A DNA stretch of 64,000 bases. Origin: Candidatus Thorarchaeota archaeon. Its GTDB lineage: Archaea; Asgardarchaeota; Thorarchaeia; Thorarchaeales; Thorarchaeaceae. Shown here in pieces: positions 47,568 to 57,286 of this stretch (position 1 is the first letter of the stretch; each line of letters starts with the position of its first letter). The notes beneath the pieces were generated by a model, which was given only the letters and a program-made list of their open reading frames with translations, did not search any database and had not been told where the DNA came from. Where the stretch lies: the NCBI GenBank assembly GCA_046758445.1, contig JBHIAE010000007.1, positions 1 through 64,000 on the forward strand, in the 5' to 3' direction. Both the position numbers and the translations under genes were made by a program.

Positions 47568-49391
47568 CTAGAGAACGGTGACTGACTTTGCCAGATTTCG
47601 CGGCTTGTCAGGATCAAATCCTTTTCTTCGTGCCATATAATAGCTGAAGAGCTGAAGAGGTACCACATAGGGCATCGTCGAAAACTCTGGCTCTATTCCA
47701 TCAGGAATCGCGAACCAGTGGTCGGATAGACTCTTGAGTTCTTTATCACTTCTCTCAATCACAGAGATAATCGATGCTCCGCGAGCTTTCATCTCCATTA
47801 CATTACCGATTATCCTGCTTCTGGTTTCATCCCTGGGTGCTATGAAAATGACAGGGTATTCGTCTTGAACAAGTGCTATGGGTCCATGCTTCGATTGACC
47901 TGCTGAATATGCTTCTGCATGATTATATGATATCTCCTTGAGCTTGAGAGCACCCTCTTCAGCTGTGGCCTGGGAAACACCTCTTCCCAAGAAGAGTAAG
48001 CTAGGTTGGTCATACAGAAGTCCAGCCAAGCGTCGAGCTCGTTCTTCATTTCTCGAAATGACTTCAGATACTATGTCTGGCATTGTTTCCAAGAATCTGC
48101 GTTTCATTTCAATCACTTCATTCTCAAGAAAGCCTGTAAGTTCACTAAGTGTCAATGCCATCTGAGCAAGTGCAGTCAGCTGCACCATGAAGGTCTTTGT
48201 GGCAGCTACTCCAATCTCTGGTCCGGCCTGAGTGATCACTGTGTGGTCTGCAATGCGTGTTACGGAACTACCAACCACATTTGTCAGAGCTATTACTTTT
48301 GCACCGAAGGTCTTCGCATACTTCACTGCCATCATCGTATCTGTTGTTTCCCCGGATTGCGTGATTGCAACTACGCAGTCCTCCCCAGACAATGCATTGT
48401 ATACAGTGTCAGGAAAATCACTGGCAAGCTCGAAGTTTGGCAGGACACCAGCAAGTGAGGCAAACATGTGTTTCCCTGCAATGGCCGCGTATCCAGAAGT
48501 ACCCATGGCTAGAAAATAGACGTTCCTTGCTTCATGAATTAACTTGGCTGCTTCCTGAAGGACTTCTGGCCGAAGTCTAAGAGTATTCCTTATTGCATCC
48601 GGTTGCTCATGTATCTCCTTTAGCATGAAGTGAGGAAATCCACCTTTCTGAGCTTGGTCTGCAGTCCAACTGACCTCGATCGTTTCTCTCTCCACCTCAG
48701 CTCCATTGGAAAGCTTTCGAATCTCGACCCCTTCCGTTGTCAGGGTCGCCATTTCACCATCGAGGAGGAGAATCATATCCTTAGTCATCGGCAGAAATGC
48801 GGGAATGTCTGATGACACGTACGTGGCCCCTTCCCGTTTTCCGATGACAAGCGGATTGCCATCGCGAGTGCATACTATCCTACCATCTTGTTCTGTTATC
48901 ATCGCAACTATTGCATAGGTGCCTTCAATTCGATGTGTGACTTCGGTGAGAGCTTCAGTAAGGTCCAATCCGTCTGAAATGTAGTCCTCAAGCATGTGAG
49001 GAATCACTTCGGTGTCTGTTTCAGAGCTGAACTTGTGGCCCTTCGAACTTAGCTCCTCTCTGAGTTCTAGGAAGTTATCAATGACCCCATTATGAACAAC
49101 TGCAATCTGATTGTTGCAATCAAAGTGTGGATGTGCATTGTACTGGGACGGCGCTCCGTGAGTGGCCCACCGAGTGTGCCCAATCCCTATACTCCCTGGC
49201 ATCTCATCAAGATTGAGCTTCTTGTGAACCTCTTCGATCTTGCCCTTGTCCTTCTTCATGTGAAGCTGCTCATTGGATATAGTTGTCATACCGACTGAGT
49301 CGTAGCCCCTATACTCAAGTCGTTTCAATGCTTGGTGCAAGAATGGGGCCACTTGACCACGTTTCTGGACAACGCCGATGATTCCACACAT
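47568..49391 (-). CDS. glmS: Glutamine--fructose-6-phosphate transaminase (isomerizing)
   Basis: MCGIIG, LEYRGYDS, GHTRWATHG, QSGET, LKLKEISY and PRNLAKSVTV motifs. Confidence 0.97.
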   Translation of the reverse strand: MCGIIGVVQKRGQVAPFLHQALKRLEYRGYDSVGMTTISNEQLHMKKDKGKIEEVHKKLNLDEMPGSIGIGHTRWATHGAPSQYNAHPHFDCNNQIAVVHNGVIDNFLELREELSSKGHKFSSETDTEVIPHMLEDYISDGLDLTEALTEVTHRIEGTYAIVAMITEQDGRIVCTRDGNPLVIGKREGATYVSSDIPAFLPMTKDMILLLDGEMATLTTEGVEIRKLSNGAEVERETIEVSWTADQAQKGGFPHFMLKEIHEQPDAIRNTLRLRPEVLQEAAKLIHEARNVYFLAMGTSGYAAIAGKHMFASLAGVLPNFELASDFPDTVYNALSGEDCVVAITQSGETTDTMMAVKYAKTFGAKVIALTNVVGSSVTRIADHTVITQAGPEIGVAATKTFMVQLTALAQMALTLSELTGFLENEVIEMKRRFLETMPDIVSEVISRNEERARRLAGLLYDQPSLLFLGRGVSQATAEEGALKLKEISYNHAEAYSAGQSKHGPIALVQDEYPVIFIAPRDETRSRIIGNVMEMKARGASIISVIERSDKELKSLSDHWFAIPDGIEPEFSTMPYVVPLQLFSYYMARRKGFDPDKPRNLAKSVTVL

Positions 49392-49472
49392 GAGTTCTAT
49401 GGACTCCTAGTTCTTACTATGGACAAACAACATTAGTGTATGTACAAAAAGGGTTTCGCTTTCAGTCAGAAT

Positions 49473-49784
49473 TCAACCCGTGAGTTCAATCTCAATATAG
49501 ACGGAGTCTGGGATTCGCACTCTCATGATCTGTCGAATCGCTCTTTCATCCGCATCAATATCAATAAGCCGTTTGTGAACTCTCATCTCCCATTTGTCCC
49601 AAGACTCAGAACCCTGCCCACAGGGAGTCTTTCGAGTGGGAATGACCATTCTTCTCGTGGGTAGCGGAATTGGACCAGACATACGGACTCCTGTCTTGCG
49701 TGTGATTCGCTTGATTTGGCTACAAACACCATCTAGATGCTCGGTGCTTGTGCTTGACAGTCTAATCCGTGCTTTCTGGGTCAT
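49473..49784 (-). CDS. rps10: 30S ribosomal protein uS10
   Basis: [30 protein letters not shown] (archaeal/eukaryotic type). Confidence 0.97.
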   Translation of the reverse strand: MTQKARIRLSSTSTEHLDGVCSQIKRITRKTGVRMSGPIPLPTRRMVIPTRKTPCGQGSESWDKWEMRVHKRLIDIDADERAIRQIMRVRIPDSVYIEIELTG

Positions 49785-49924
49785 AATGAGTTCAGCCCCG
49801 TGAATAAGCTGGACATCGCAACGGAATTGCAACCGGATAAAAAGGTTGTCTTATGTGTTAGCCGAGAATGCCCTGACAACATCAACGGCAACGTCCATAA
49901 GGACACACAATACAACGCGAACAA

Positions 49925-50728
49925 GTGCCAGATTTGAATGATCTCACGGTTGTAAAGTTGGGAGGGTCTGTCATTACGCATAAGGACTCATCCCCACCAA
50001 GCGTTGACAAAGAGAACCTATACCGCATTGCACGCGAACTCGGGTACAATACTGGTGAATTGATTCTGGTTCTCGGAGGAGGCGCCCATGGACATCAAGC
50101 TGCTCATGATCATGGTTTCGGAAACAGCTCAACCCCTAGGGACCAGCTACTGAGAGGAGTCCCATCAATTCGCCACAACATGACTACACTGTCTTATGAG
50201 GTTGAGCATGCACTAAACAGCGAGGGACTTGGAGCGGTTGTATTGTCTCCTTTCACAATGACAATACTACATGAAGGCGAAATCGCACATTTCGCAACCG
50301 AGACAATTCGGAAGACGCTTGATTCCGGGCTTATTGCAGTGACACATGGTGACGTCTGCTTTGACGATGTTCGAGGAGCATCAATCCTTAGTGGTGATAC
50401 AATTGCAGTCCATCTTGCACGAGAGATGAAGGCAAAGGCATTGTACCTTGGGACCGACGTAGATGGGGTGTTTGAAGAGGACCCCCAAGCCAATTCGGGA
50501 GCTGCTCACATCGACACAATCGACCTTTCAAGAAGAGAAGCAATTCTAGCGAGTACAGGACCCTCTTCAGTCACTGACGTCACCGGAGGAATGGAAAAGA
50601 AGCTTGACGAGATCTTCACGTTGGCCGGACAAGGTATTGACATAGCAGTCTTCAATCTTGGAGTTCCGGGTCGTCTTTCCGACCTACTCTTAGGCAAATC
50701 CACAGTATGCACAAGAATACAGATTTGA
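49925..50728 (+). CDS. ipk: Isopentenyl phosphate kinase
   Basis: KLGGSVIT.K, GGG..GH, HGDV, ILSGD, DVDGV and DVTGGM..K motifs. Confidence 0.9.
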   Translation: MPDLNDLTVVKLGGSVITHKDSSPPSVDKENLYRIARELGYNTGELILVLGGGAHGHQAAHDHGFGNSSTPRDQLLRGVPSIRHNMTTLSYEVEHALNSEGLGAVVLSPFTMTILHEGEIAHFATETIRKTLDSGLIAVTHGDVCFDDVRGASILSGDTIAVHLAREMKAKALYLGTDVDGVFEEDPQANSGAAHIDTIDLSRREAILASTGPSSVTDVTGGMEKKLDEIFTLAGQGIDIAVFNLGVPGRLSDLLLGKSTVCTRIQI

Positions 50729-50763
50729 GATAAGGAGCACTCCTAAAGGTCCGAGAAGACCAA

Positions 50764-53700
50764 CTATCCTGTCGCAGTGGTGACTGAGAGATACTCTGAG
50801 AAGTCATAGAGCTGGACATTTGTTGGCATTGCTATGCTTTCATCGAGATATTCGGCAGCAGTCAATACACAGACTATTCGAGTCGATCCACACGTTCTGC
50901 ATGCGATATCATTGTGGAGGTGAAGTAGAGTGTTGAGTTGTTGCTGGTTTGGAAACACCACGTACGAAATGCCATTACTACACAGGTCATAGTACCCATG
51001 GTTTCGCTTAACCCCACCTTGCCGACTACGAAGATCCTTTCCCAAGGCACCTATGACAGATATCTTGAACTCCTCAAGCATGGCCGAGTTGACAATCCAG
51101 AGGCCCTTGTGAAGACTCACAAAATCCGCTCTCTCGCCCACACGCAGAGCAATGAGGACCTCATCAGCCAACAACTCAGTCAAAGCTCGTTTGCCTTCTT
51201 CAACGCTCAACGGAGCTGAGTGACTTTTGAGAGACTGCAATGCAGTCGTTTCGATGAAGTCCAACAAAACAGTCCACTGTACATGCCCGTCCGATAGTCC
51301 GACGAAATCCTGGATCAATTGAAACCACAGACGCATCTGAATCGCCCGGTTGGTAGCTGTTCCAATGTCATGCATTGCACCAATCAAGTCCACCTGTCCA
51401 GTATCAGGCGAAACATCTTCTAGGTTTCTTTGAGTTTTGAATGACTTCACATCCGTGTCCGGCAATGTCTGAGGATGCAGACTCTCTATCATTGCATCAA
51501 GAGAAGTCGGAAAGGCAGATATGGTTGTTACCGCATCAAAGTCTTCTCTGCCATTCATGATCTCTCTGAGCTTGGCTGCAGCGACACTACCCCTAACAAT
51601 CACAGTCAGCTCAGTCACATTGTTACCTAGATTTGCCATGCATTTGCGAATCTTATCAAGGGTTGTTTCCATTGATGACGCTTTCAGATGTTCGGGAACT
51701 ATCAAAATCGCCTTATCGTCAATTACAATATCCGGACGGTCATTATCACCACGTTCGGATGTTATCTCAGTTGACCCTAATCTGTGGACTATGTAGTCAG
51801 TGATTGCTGCTCTCACCGCATCAAGACAGCGGCCTGGCAGAGTGAACACAAAACCCCCTGGGACAAGAGAAAGGGCCTCTCTATCAACAGTTCCGAGAGA
51901 AACAAGGTCTCGTATTACCTCATTTATGTCCTCATCCTCTATCCTAGGATCAATCGATGTGAGAAGTCCCTGTATTTCTATTTGAGTAGCCATATTCCTT
52001 GATGCAAGAAACGCAACAATGTGTGATCCAAGCTCTCCGAGCCTATCAAACACCGCACCCACAGGCCGTTCTGAATCCAATTCTCTAGATGAAACGGCTA
52101 CAGTGTCTTCGTGGTGGGTTCTATCAGACGACTCTTCCAGCTCTTCGTCCACTAGGTCATCTCTCTTGTGCATTCGGTGAGTAGACGTGGAAACATCGAA
52201 AGGACGGGTAGCTAACTCGAAAGCCTCGATGCCAGGCATTACAATCAAGGCTCTACCACGTTTCAAGGATCTCAGATACCGTTCCTGATTCTTATCGAGA
52301 GACATGAATCTTGCACCAACGGGACTATCATATGGCAGACGAAATGTGATCTTAGTAGCCGTGTTCGCGAGTATGTTGGAGGACACGTTGGGTCTAGTAG
52401 AAACGATGACAACTCCTTGTCCTGTTGCTCTTTGCAGCATTACCATGGATTCACCTGTTGTGATGTCTGCTGCCGAATGTCTGGTGTAACTCTCAGGGAC
52501 CAGATTGTTGGCCTCTTCGAGGACCACGACATGATGGAGACCAGGTCTTACTCCTCTTTGCATAGCGAAATCGAATATACGCTTTGCAATCAGATTATAC
52601 AACACTCTGGCGGCATCCATCCCGCCTACTCGTGCAACATACTGTAGATCAAGAATCACACGCGCGCCCATCAATTCAGAGATTCTCATTGCTTTGGGTC
52701 CACCACTCAATATCGATCCAAGTGGTTCCCGGGATAGTACTTCTAAACGATTCATCAAGGCATCCCGTGTCATCCGTCCGGTTCGATCTCTTCCAGCGAG
52801 TTGAGAGATTGTTTCGATTAGTGTCTGAATTGAGTTCCCCCGCTCTTTCTTCTTGGCAACAAGTAGAACTGCCTCCCTCAGAAGCTTCTCCATTGCTGGG
52901 GACAGCTCCGACGCCACACCTCTTTCATTCAGCAACTCTCTCAATATCGCGAATGTAGAATGTGCATGTTTCTCCTTAGAATCAGTTTCAGAATCCATGA
53001 AGTCAATAACGAATGAAGGATCGGCACCAGGTCGAAGTACAAGCACATCGCTGTCACATACGTCCACGAGCTCAATATACTCTGATCCCTTGATATCAAA
53101 CACCCACCAGGGCACCTGTGATTCCTTACTCAACTCTGCAACAAGATGTTTCACAAGAGTGGTCTTTCCAGTTCCAGTCGCTCCAAGAATAGCTACATGT
53201 TCCCGTAACCATTCTGTCTTGAGCCCAATATTGTTTAGAAGCCGTCCCCCAAAGACTGCCTGGCCTATCACTAGCTCGTTCTCAACCAGTTCTCTAGCAG
53301 GTATAGAAAAGTTCGGCGTCAGGGAAGCTGCAATAACTGGTAGTTGTTGAACGGGCGTGTTGACAAAGGCCGCCAATCTACTAACATGGGTCTTCTCTCG
53401 TTTCATATGACGTCGTAGGAGCAATCGGAAGGCGGTCTTTCTGTCAATTGCCTTATGCTTCAACAGAACCTTGTCATCATCACCCCATATTGAATGCACA
53501 AGTCCAACGGTTCCTTCTCGAGTTTCCTGCATCTTTTGAGATTCATCTGCCTTGATGACTACATAGGCTGTCGTATCAAACCAGCCTGCACTGCCTTGAA
53601 TCTTCTCGTACCGCCGCACAAGCTTCCTCTTCTCGGATTGGTCAGCCAGAGAATCTTCATTTCGCATCTCCTTCTCACGGATTGTCTTCCATTGTCTTTC

Positions 53701-54558
53701 CAGTTTCCTTTGTTCTCGACGAGATTTCGACCTAGAGAAGACACATGAGAATACGACATCATATTGTTGTTTCAAAGCAGTAGAGATGAACACGCCTACC
53801 TGAGATCTCTCTGTTGAGGGCGCGACGCGAGGTTCTCCAGCAAGCAGCATTAGGCAGACGGACTTCTCTGTAAATGATAGACCACGACCTGTATCAAGCT
53901 CTGCACTGATCAGTCCCAGAGTCGCGTTCTTCAGATCATCACCTTTCAATTGACGTAGCTCAATATTGCTCAAAGAAGCAAGGAGAATCGCTTCTGCTCT
54001 GGTAGCTTCTCGTTTCAACAAGTCAGCAGTTTCATCTGGATCGTTACCTGATCCAGTTATGAAGAGGCGCAGATAAGGTGCACCGCTTAAAACACCGGCT
54101 TCGTAGGCCATGCTGACACGTTCATCCATTCCGGCACGCAATGCCAACAGGAAAGTTGTGTCATATTCAGGACGTTCATTCTCTCCAGTGCGAACAGAAC
54201 TTGAAACCGAAGCGATATCAAGACAGCATGTTGCAACCATCTGGTCTTTCAAACGGAGTACGAGCAGCTCATTATCTATCGTGACCGAAGCCCGCTCAGA
54301 AATCAATCTTTCAAGTACGACTAGGCCACCCATACACAAGGGCACACCGCAAATGAGAAGCTCTACTATGAGTTTGAATGGAATTGATAGCGCACCGAAC
54401 AAACCTAATGACGGAAGTAGATACACAGTCAGAAGGTAGAGTGCACAGGTAACAATTCCCAGCTTCCAAGCAAGCTCAATTCCACGCCACAGTATAGGGT
54501 GCCCCTTCAATTGCATCAGTTCTTCGCTATCTTCCCTGCTCAGTTTCTCAGTGGACAT
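50764..54558 (-). CDS. Large membrane-anchored HerA/VirB4-like (DUF87) ATPase
   Basis: Two N-terminal TM helices, Walker A GATGTGKT, FDIKGSEY, Walker B VVLEEA, STRP...ILANT and a long C-terminal extension. Confidence 0.85.
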   Translation of the reverse strand: MSTEKLSREDSEELMQLKGHPILWRGIELAWKLGIVTCALYLLTVYLLPSLGLFGALSIPFKLIVELLICGVPLCMGGLVVLERLISERASVTIDNELLVLRLKDQMVATCCLDIASVSSSVRTGENERPEYDTTFLLALRAGMDERVSMAYEAGVLSGAPYLRLFITGSGNDPDETADLLKREATRAEAILLASLSNIELRQLKGDDLKNATLGLISAELDTGRGLSFTEKSVCLMLLAGEPRVAPSTERSQVGVFISTALKQQYDVVFSCVFSRSKSRREQRKLERQWKTIREKEMRNEDSLADQSEKRKLVRRYEKIQGSAGWFDTTAYVVIKADESQKMQETREGTVGLVHSIWGDDDKVLLKHKAIDRKTAFRLLLRRHMKREKTHVSRLAAFVNTPVQQLPVIAASLTPNFSIPARELVENELVIGQAVFGGRLLNNIGLKTEWLREHVAILGATGTGKTTLVKHLVAELSKESQVPWWVFDIKGSEYIELVDVCDSDVLVLRPGADPSFVIDFMDSETDSKEKHAHSTFAILRELLNERGVASELSPAMEKLLREAVLLVAKKKERGNSIQTLIETISQLAGRDRTGRMTRDALMNRLEVLSREPLGSILSGGPKAMRISELMGARVILDLQYVARVGGMDAARVLYNLIAKRIFDFAMQRGVRPGLHHVVVLEEANNLVPESYTRHSAADITTGESMVMLQRATGQGVVIVSTRPNVSSNILANTATKITFRLPYDSPVGARFMSLDKNQERYLRSLKRGRALIVMPGIEAFELATRPFDVSTSTHRMHKRDDLVDEELEESSDRTHHEDTVAVSSRELDSERPVGAVFDRLGELGSHIVAFLASRNMATQIEIQGLLTSIDPRIEDEDINEVIRDLVSLGTVDREALSLVPGGFVFTLPGRCLDAVRAAITDYIVHRLGSTEITSERGDNDRPDIVIDDKAILIVPEHLKASSMETTLDKIRKCMANLGNNVTELTVIVRGSVAAAKLREIMNGREDFDAVTTISAFPTSLDAMIESLHPQTLPDTDVKSFKTQRNLEDVSPDTGQVDLIGAMHDIGTATNRAIQMRLWFQLIQDFVGLSDGHVQWTVLLDFIETTALQSLKSHSAPLSVEEGKRALTELLADEVLIALRVGERADFVSLHKGLWIVNSAMLEEFKISVIGALGKDLRSRQGGVKRNHGYYDLCSNGISYVVFPNQQQLNTLLHLHNDIACRTCGSTRIVCVLTAAEYLDESIAMPTNVQLYDFSEYLSVTTATG

Positions 54559-54770
54559 GCGATATCACCGCATCAATGACCAAGACGCACAGACGATGCC
54601 CATACTGTCCTGACCAGCTACTCGTGTTCCGTGTTGACATATGAACTCCCCTCGACACCCGCTCACCAAATCGTCCGAAACATCTGCATGGATAGGAGAT
54701 TAAAAACCAAGGAAGCAGACTCATTGATGAATCAGAAATTACCCCAACTGCCTATGGGCACAATCTGATC

Positions 54771-56786
54771 ATGGCCTATACGGTTTACACATCTACCATA
54801 GGACCACTGAGGTGTATCCTTCTGAGAGAGCTTTACCTAGCAGGAATCTTGGCAATCGCATTGTCAGCTCTATTGTCACTCACAAGTGCAACGAACGTTG
54901 GTGCAGAGGAGCAACCCGTTCTTATCAGAGGAGAAATAGTACCAATCAACGCAAGACTACTCCAGAATGGATCCTATGGTGACCCTGTACCTGAACAACA
55001 GCTAGATTTCTATGATCAATCACAGAATTCATTCATAGAATCTGCAACAACTGACATCAATGGATGGGCGGCAGTATACTGGAATCTTACATCAAATCAT
55101 CCTCTGGGCCCCACACTACTAAATGTGACCTTCGATGGCAATGATACGCTCTCTCTTGCTCCGTCATGTCAATGGATGACCGTCATGGTTGTTTCCAATA
55201 CTCAGATGAGTGTGCTTTGCAATCAGTCAACCTTTCATCCCGAAGATCAGATTCTTTTCACAGTTGGCATAATAGACGACCACAATAAGGCCATCACCGA
55301 TGCAGTGATAGCTGTCTATCACGATCAGTTCCAACTTGCAGTTGGTATTACAAATGATAGTGGCTATGCGAGTTTCAACATTGAGTGCAATATGTCTTGG
55401 GGCTCGTATGGTAAGAACAGACTCAGAGTTGTCTACGAACCCGCAGTGACAAGTTTTCACAATATGTCTGAGCATCTCTTCGAGATTGACATAGAGCAAA
55501 TTCCAACAGCCATCCGTCTGGAAGACTCCAACGGGACTCAGTTCGAGCTGAACGAGCTTTTCTGGTTGAAGTTGACTGTAAATGCCGCAGGTGAAAACCC
55601 TCAGAATGCTACATTGGACACCCTTATTGATGGAGAATTCGTCGGCACCATCACAGCTGACATACAGGGAGTTTCTGAGCTTTACATACCCATTGATACT
55701 CAACTAGACTTGGGTCCACACAAGGTAAGAGTACAGTACAATGGGACAGAACGCTATTCCTTCTCCTTCCTTGAAATCGACATAACTGTACTTAGTCCTG
55801 CATTATTACACATCATGCTTCCGGAGCACATAGTCATTGGATCTAGTTCCGAAATCCAGATGCAAATCCATGATTTGCTTGGAAGGCCAATTCCAGATGC
55901 TACTATCACACTTAGCGATCAAACAACAGACCGAACCATGAGTCTGCTAGTACCAACCGACCACACCACCGTCCAATTTGAGTTCCTCTTCACAGGCTCT
56001 GTGGGCATCAGGAGTCTATTGGTCGCAATCTCAGGAAACCCCTACCTGACAAACACAAGCTGGACACACTGGGCGACTGTATGGCTAAGACCAACTATTT
56101 CGATTATCCAAAGCAACACCCGCGGCTATGCCTCTCCAACACAACAACTTTCCTTTCACATTCAACTGAATTCAACGGAAGGCAGTCTTCCTTTTCGGTC
56201 GATTGAATGTGGCTTTGACGAAACAGTCCTAGTATCATCCGTTACAGATTCAGAAGGGCTTGCAAACATGACATTGTACGCGCCCGAAGTTATCGGACAC
56301 TATACTCTGTTTCTCAAGACCAATGGTAGCCCATCCTCTTATGAACTACCAGTGAAATTCAAGTCTGTGCTTGTGGTGAGTACCTTGATACCTGTAGACG
56401 TCAATCTGAGCCACTACCACATCAATCCCGCACTAAGGGAACTTCGGGTTCATCTAACTCTGCAATGCCTAAATGGCACAACACTCAACGGCATATCAAT
56501 ACTCTATGAATGGTTGACTCATAGTGGATCTGCCACAAGCACCCATTCTGGCCACATCGAGCTTGTTCTTCCTCTGCCTGCTAACGCAGGTATTTACAAT
56601 CTGTACTACGAAATCAAAGGCACCTCTTCTCTACAACCGTCTACGGGAAACATCTCTATCACTGTATCAGAAACAGAGGTATTGGCATCGCAAGGAGTTG
56701 GGATTCCAGGTCTAGTATTGAGTCTGTGTATTTCAATTGGCCTCCTCGGGATACCAGTATTGCATCGAAGATACCTGATTGGCTAG
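54771..56786 (+). CDS. Cell-surface protein with Ig-like repeats and C-terminal TM anchor
   Basis: Signal peptide, repeated TD..G.A / LG.H...V.Y.G Ig-like patterns, many NxS/T sequons, terminal TM plus RR. Confidence 0.8.
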   Translation: MAYTVYTSTIGPLRCILLRELYLAGILAIALSALLSLTSATNVGAEEQPVLIRGEIVPINARLLQNGSYGDPVPEQQLDFYDQSQNSFIESATTDINGWAAVYWNLTSNHPLGPTLLNVTFDGNDTLSLAPSCQWMTVMVVSNTQMSVLCNQSTFHPEDQILFTVGIIDDHNKAITDAVIAVYHDQFQLAVGITNDSGYASFNIECNMSWGSYGKNRLRVVYEPAVTSFHNMSEHLFEIDIEQIPTAIRLEDSNGTQFELNELFWLKLTVNAAGENPQNATLDTLIDGEFVGTITADIQGVSELYIPIDTQLDLGPHKVRVQYNGTERYSFSFLEIDITVLSPALLHIMLPEHIVIGSSSEIQMQIHDLLGRPIPDATITLSDQTTDRTMSLLVPTDHTTVQFEFLFTGSVGIRSLLVAISGNPYLTNTSWTHWATVWLRPTISIIQSNTRGYASPTQQLSFHIQLNSTEGSLPFRSIECGFDETVLVSSVTDSEGLANMTLYAPEVIGHYTLFLKTNGSPSSYELPVKFKSVLVVSTLIPVDVNLSHYHINPALRELRVHLTLQCLNGTTLNGISILYEWLTHSGSATSTHSGHIELVLPLPANAGIYNLYYEIKGTSSLQPSTGNISITVSETEVLASQGVGIPGLVLSLCISIGLLGIPVLHRRYLIG

Positions 56787-56796
56787 AAGATTCGAA

Positions 56797-56907
56797 TGGT
56801 GCTCCGGCCGGGATTCGAACCCGGGTCGGGGGATCGAGAGTCCCCCATGCTGGGCCGGACTACACACGGCAATACCATGATGATTCTCATAGTACATCTA
56901 CCGGAGC
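56797..56907 (-). tRNA. tRNA-Glu(CTC) with D-stem intron near position 10/11 (56865-56897)
   Basis: GCTCCGG/CCGGAGC+ACCA acceptor; BHB-like CGGT/GCCG with AG^A and TG^T bulges; removal restores GTAGTGTAGTCCGG. Confidence 0.88.
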
Positions 56908-57013
56908 TTATGGGCACCAGTCCGGAGCGGGAGTGCTCCCTCAAGACCACAAATAAGGCTTTCTCCACAAAGAAGGCCATTTGAAACAGTAGAATAGCAT
57001 TGGTTGAGTGGCA

Positions 57014-57226
57014 CTAGGGAAAGAGACTTGTGAAACTGCTCCAGCTATCCTCTAAGAGTTTCAGAAGACTTCCGACAATGTCTTGTGCCCACCCCGTCGC
57101 CTGTAGGATAACCGCAATCACTATCGAAACAGTGACCACTGCAAGACCCAAGAGGAGACTCTCTTCTACCAAGGGGCCACCAGATTCATCCACGATGAGG
57201 TCTTTCTTCACCATTGACAGGTCCAC
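57014..57226 (-). CDS. Flp/type IVb-like prepilin
   Basis: DESG|GPLVE: class III cleavage site with Glu at +5, followed by a hydrophobic helix; directly downstream of a secretion ATPase. Confidence 0.6.
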   Translation of the reverse strand: MDLSMVKKDLIVDESGGPLVEESLLLGLAVVTVSIVIAVILQATGWAQDIVGSLLKLLEDSWSSFTSLFP

Positions 57227-57286
57227 CTGAACTGATGTCTATGAAACAGTATTTTAAGTGCCCCAAAACATGACACCAACGAGTTC

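Noticed and set aside
56908-56940. Copy of the first 7 nt of tRNA-Glu (GCTCCGG) in its 5' leader
   Set aside because: Too short for an att site or split-tRNA signal, and no BHB is formed.
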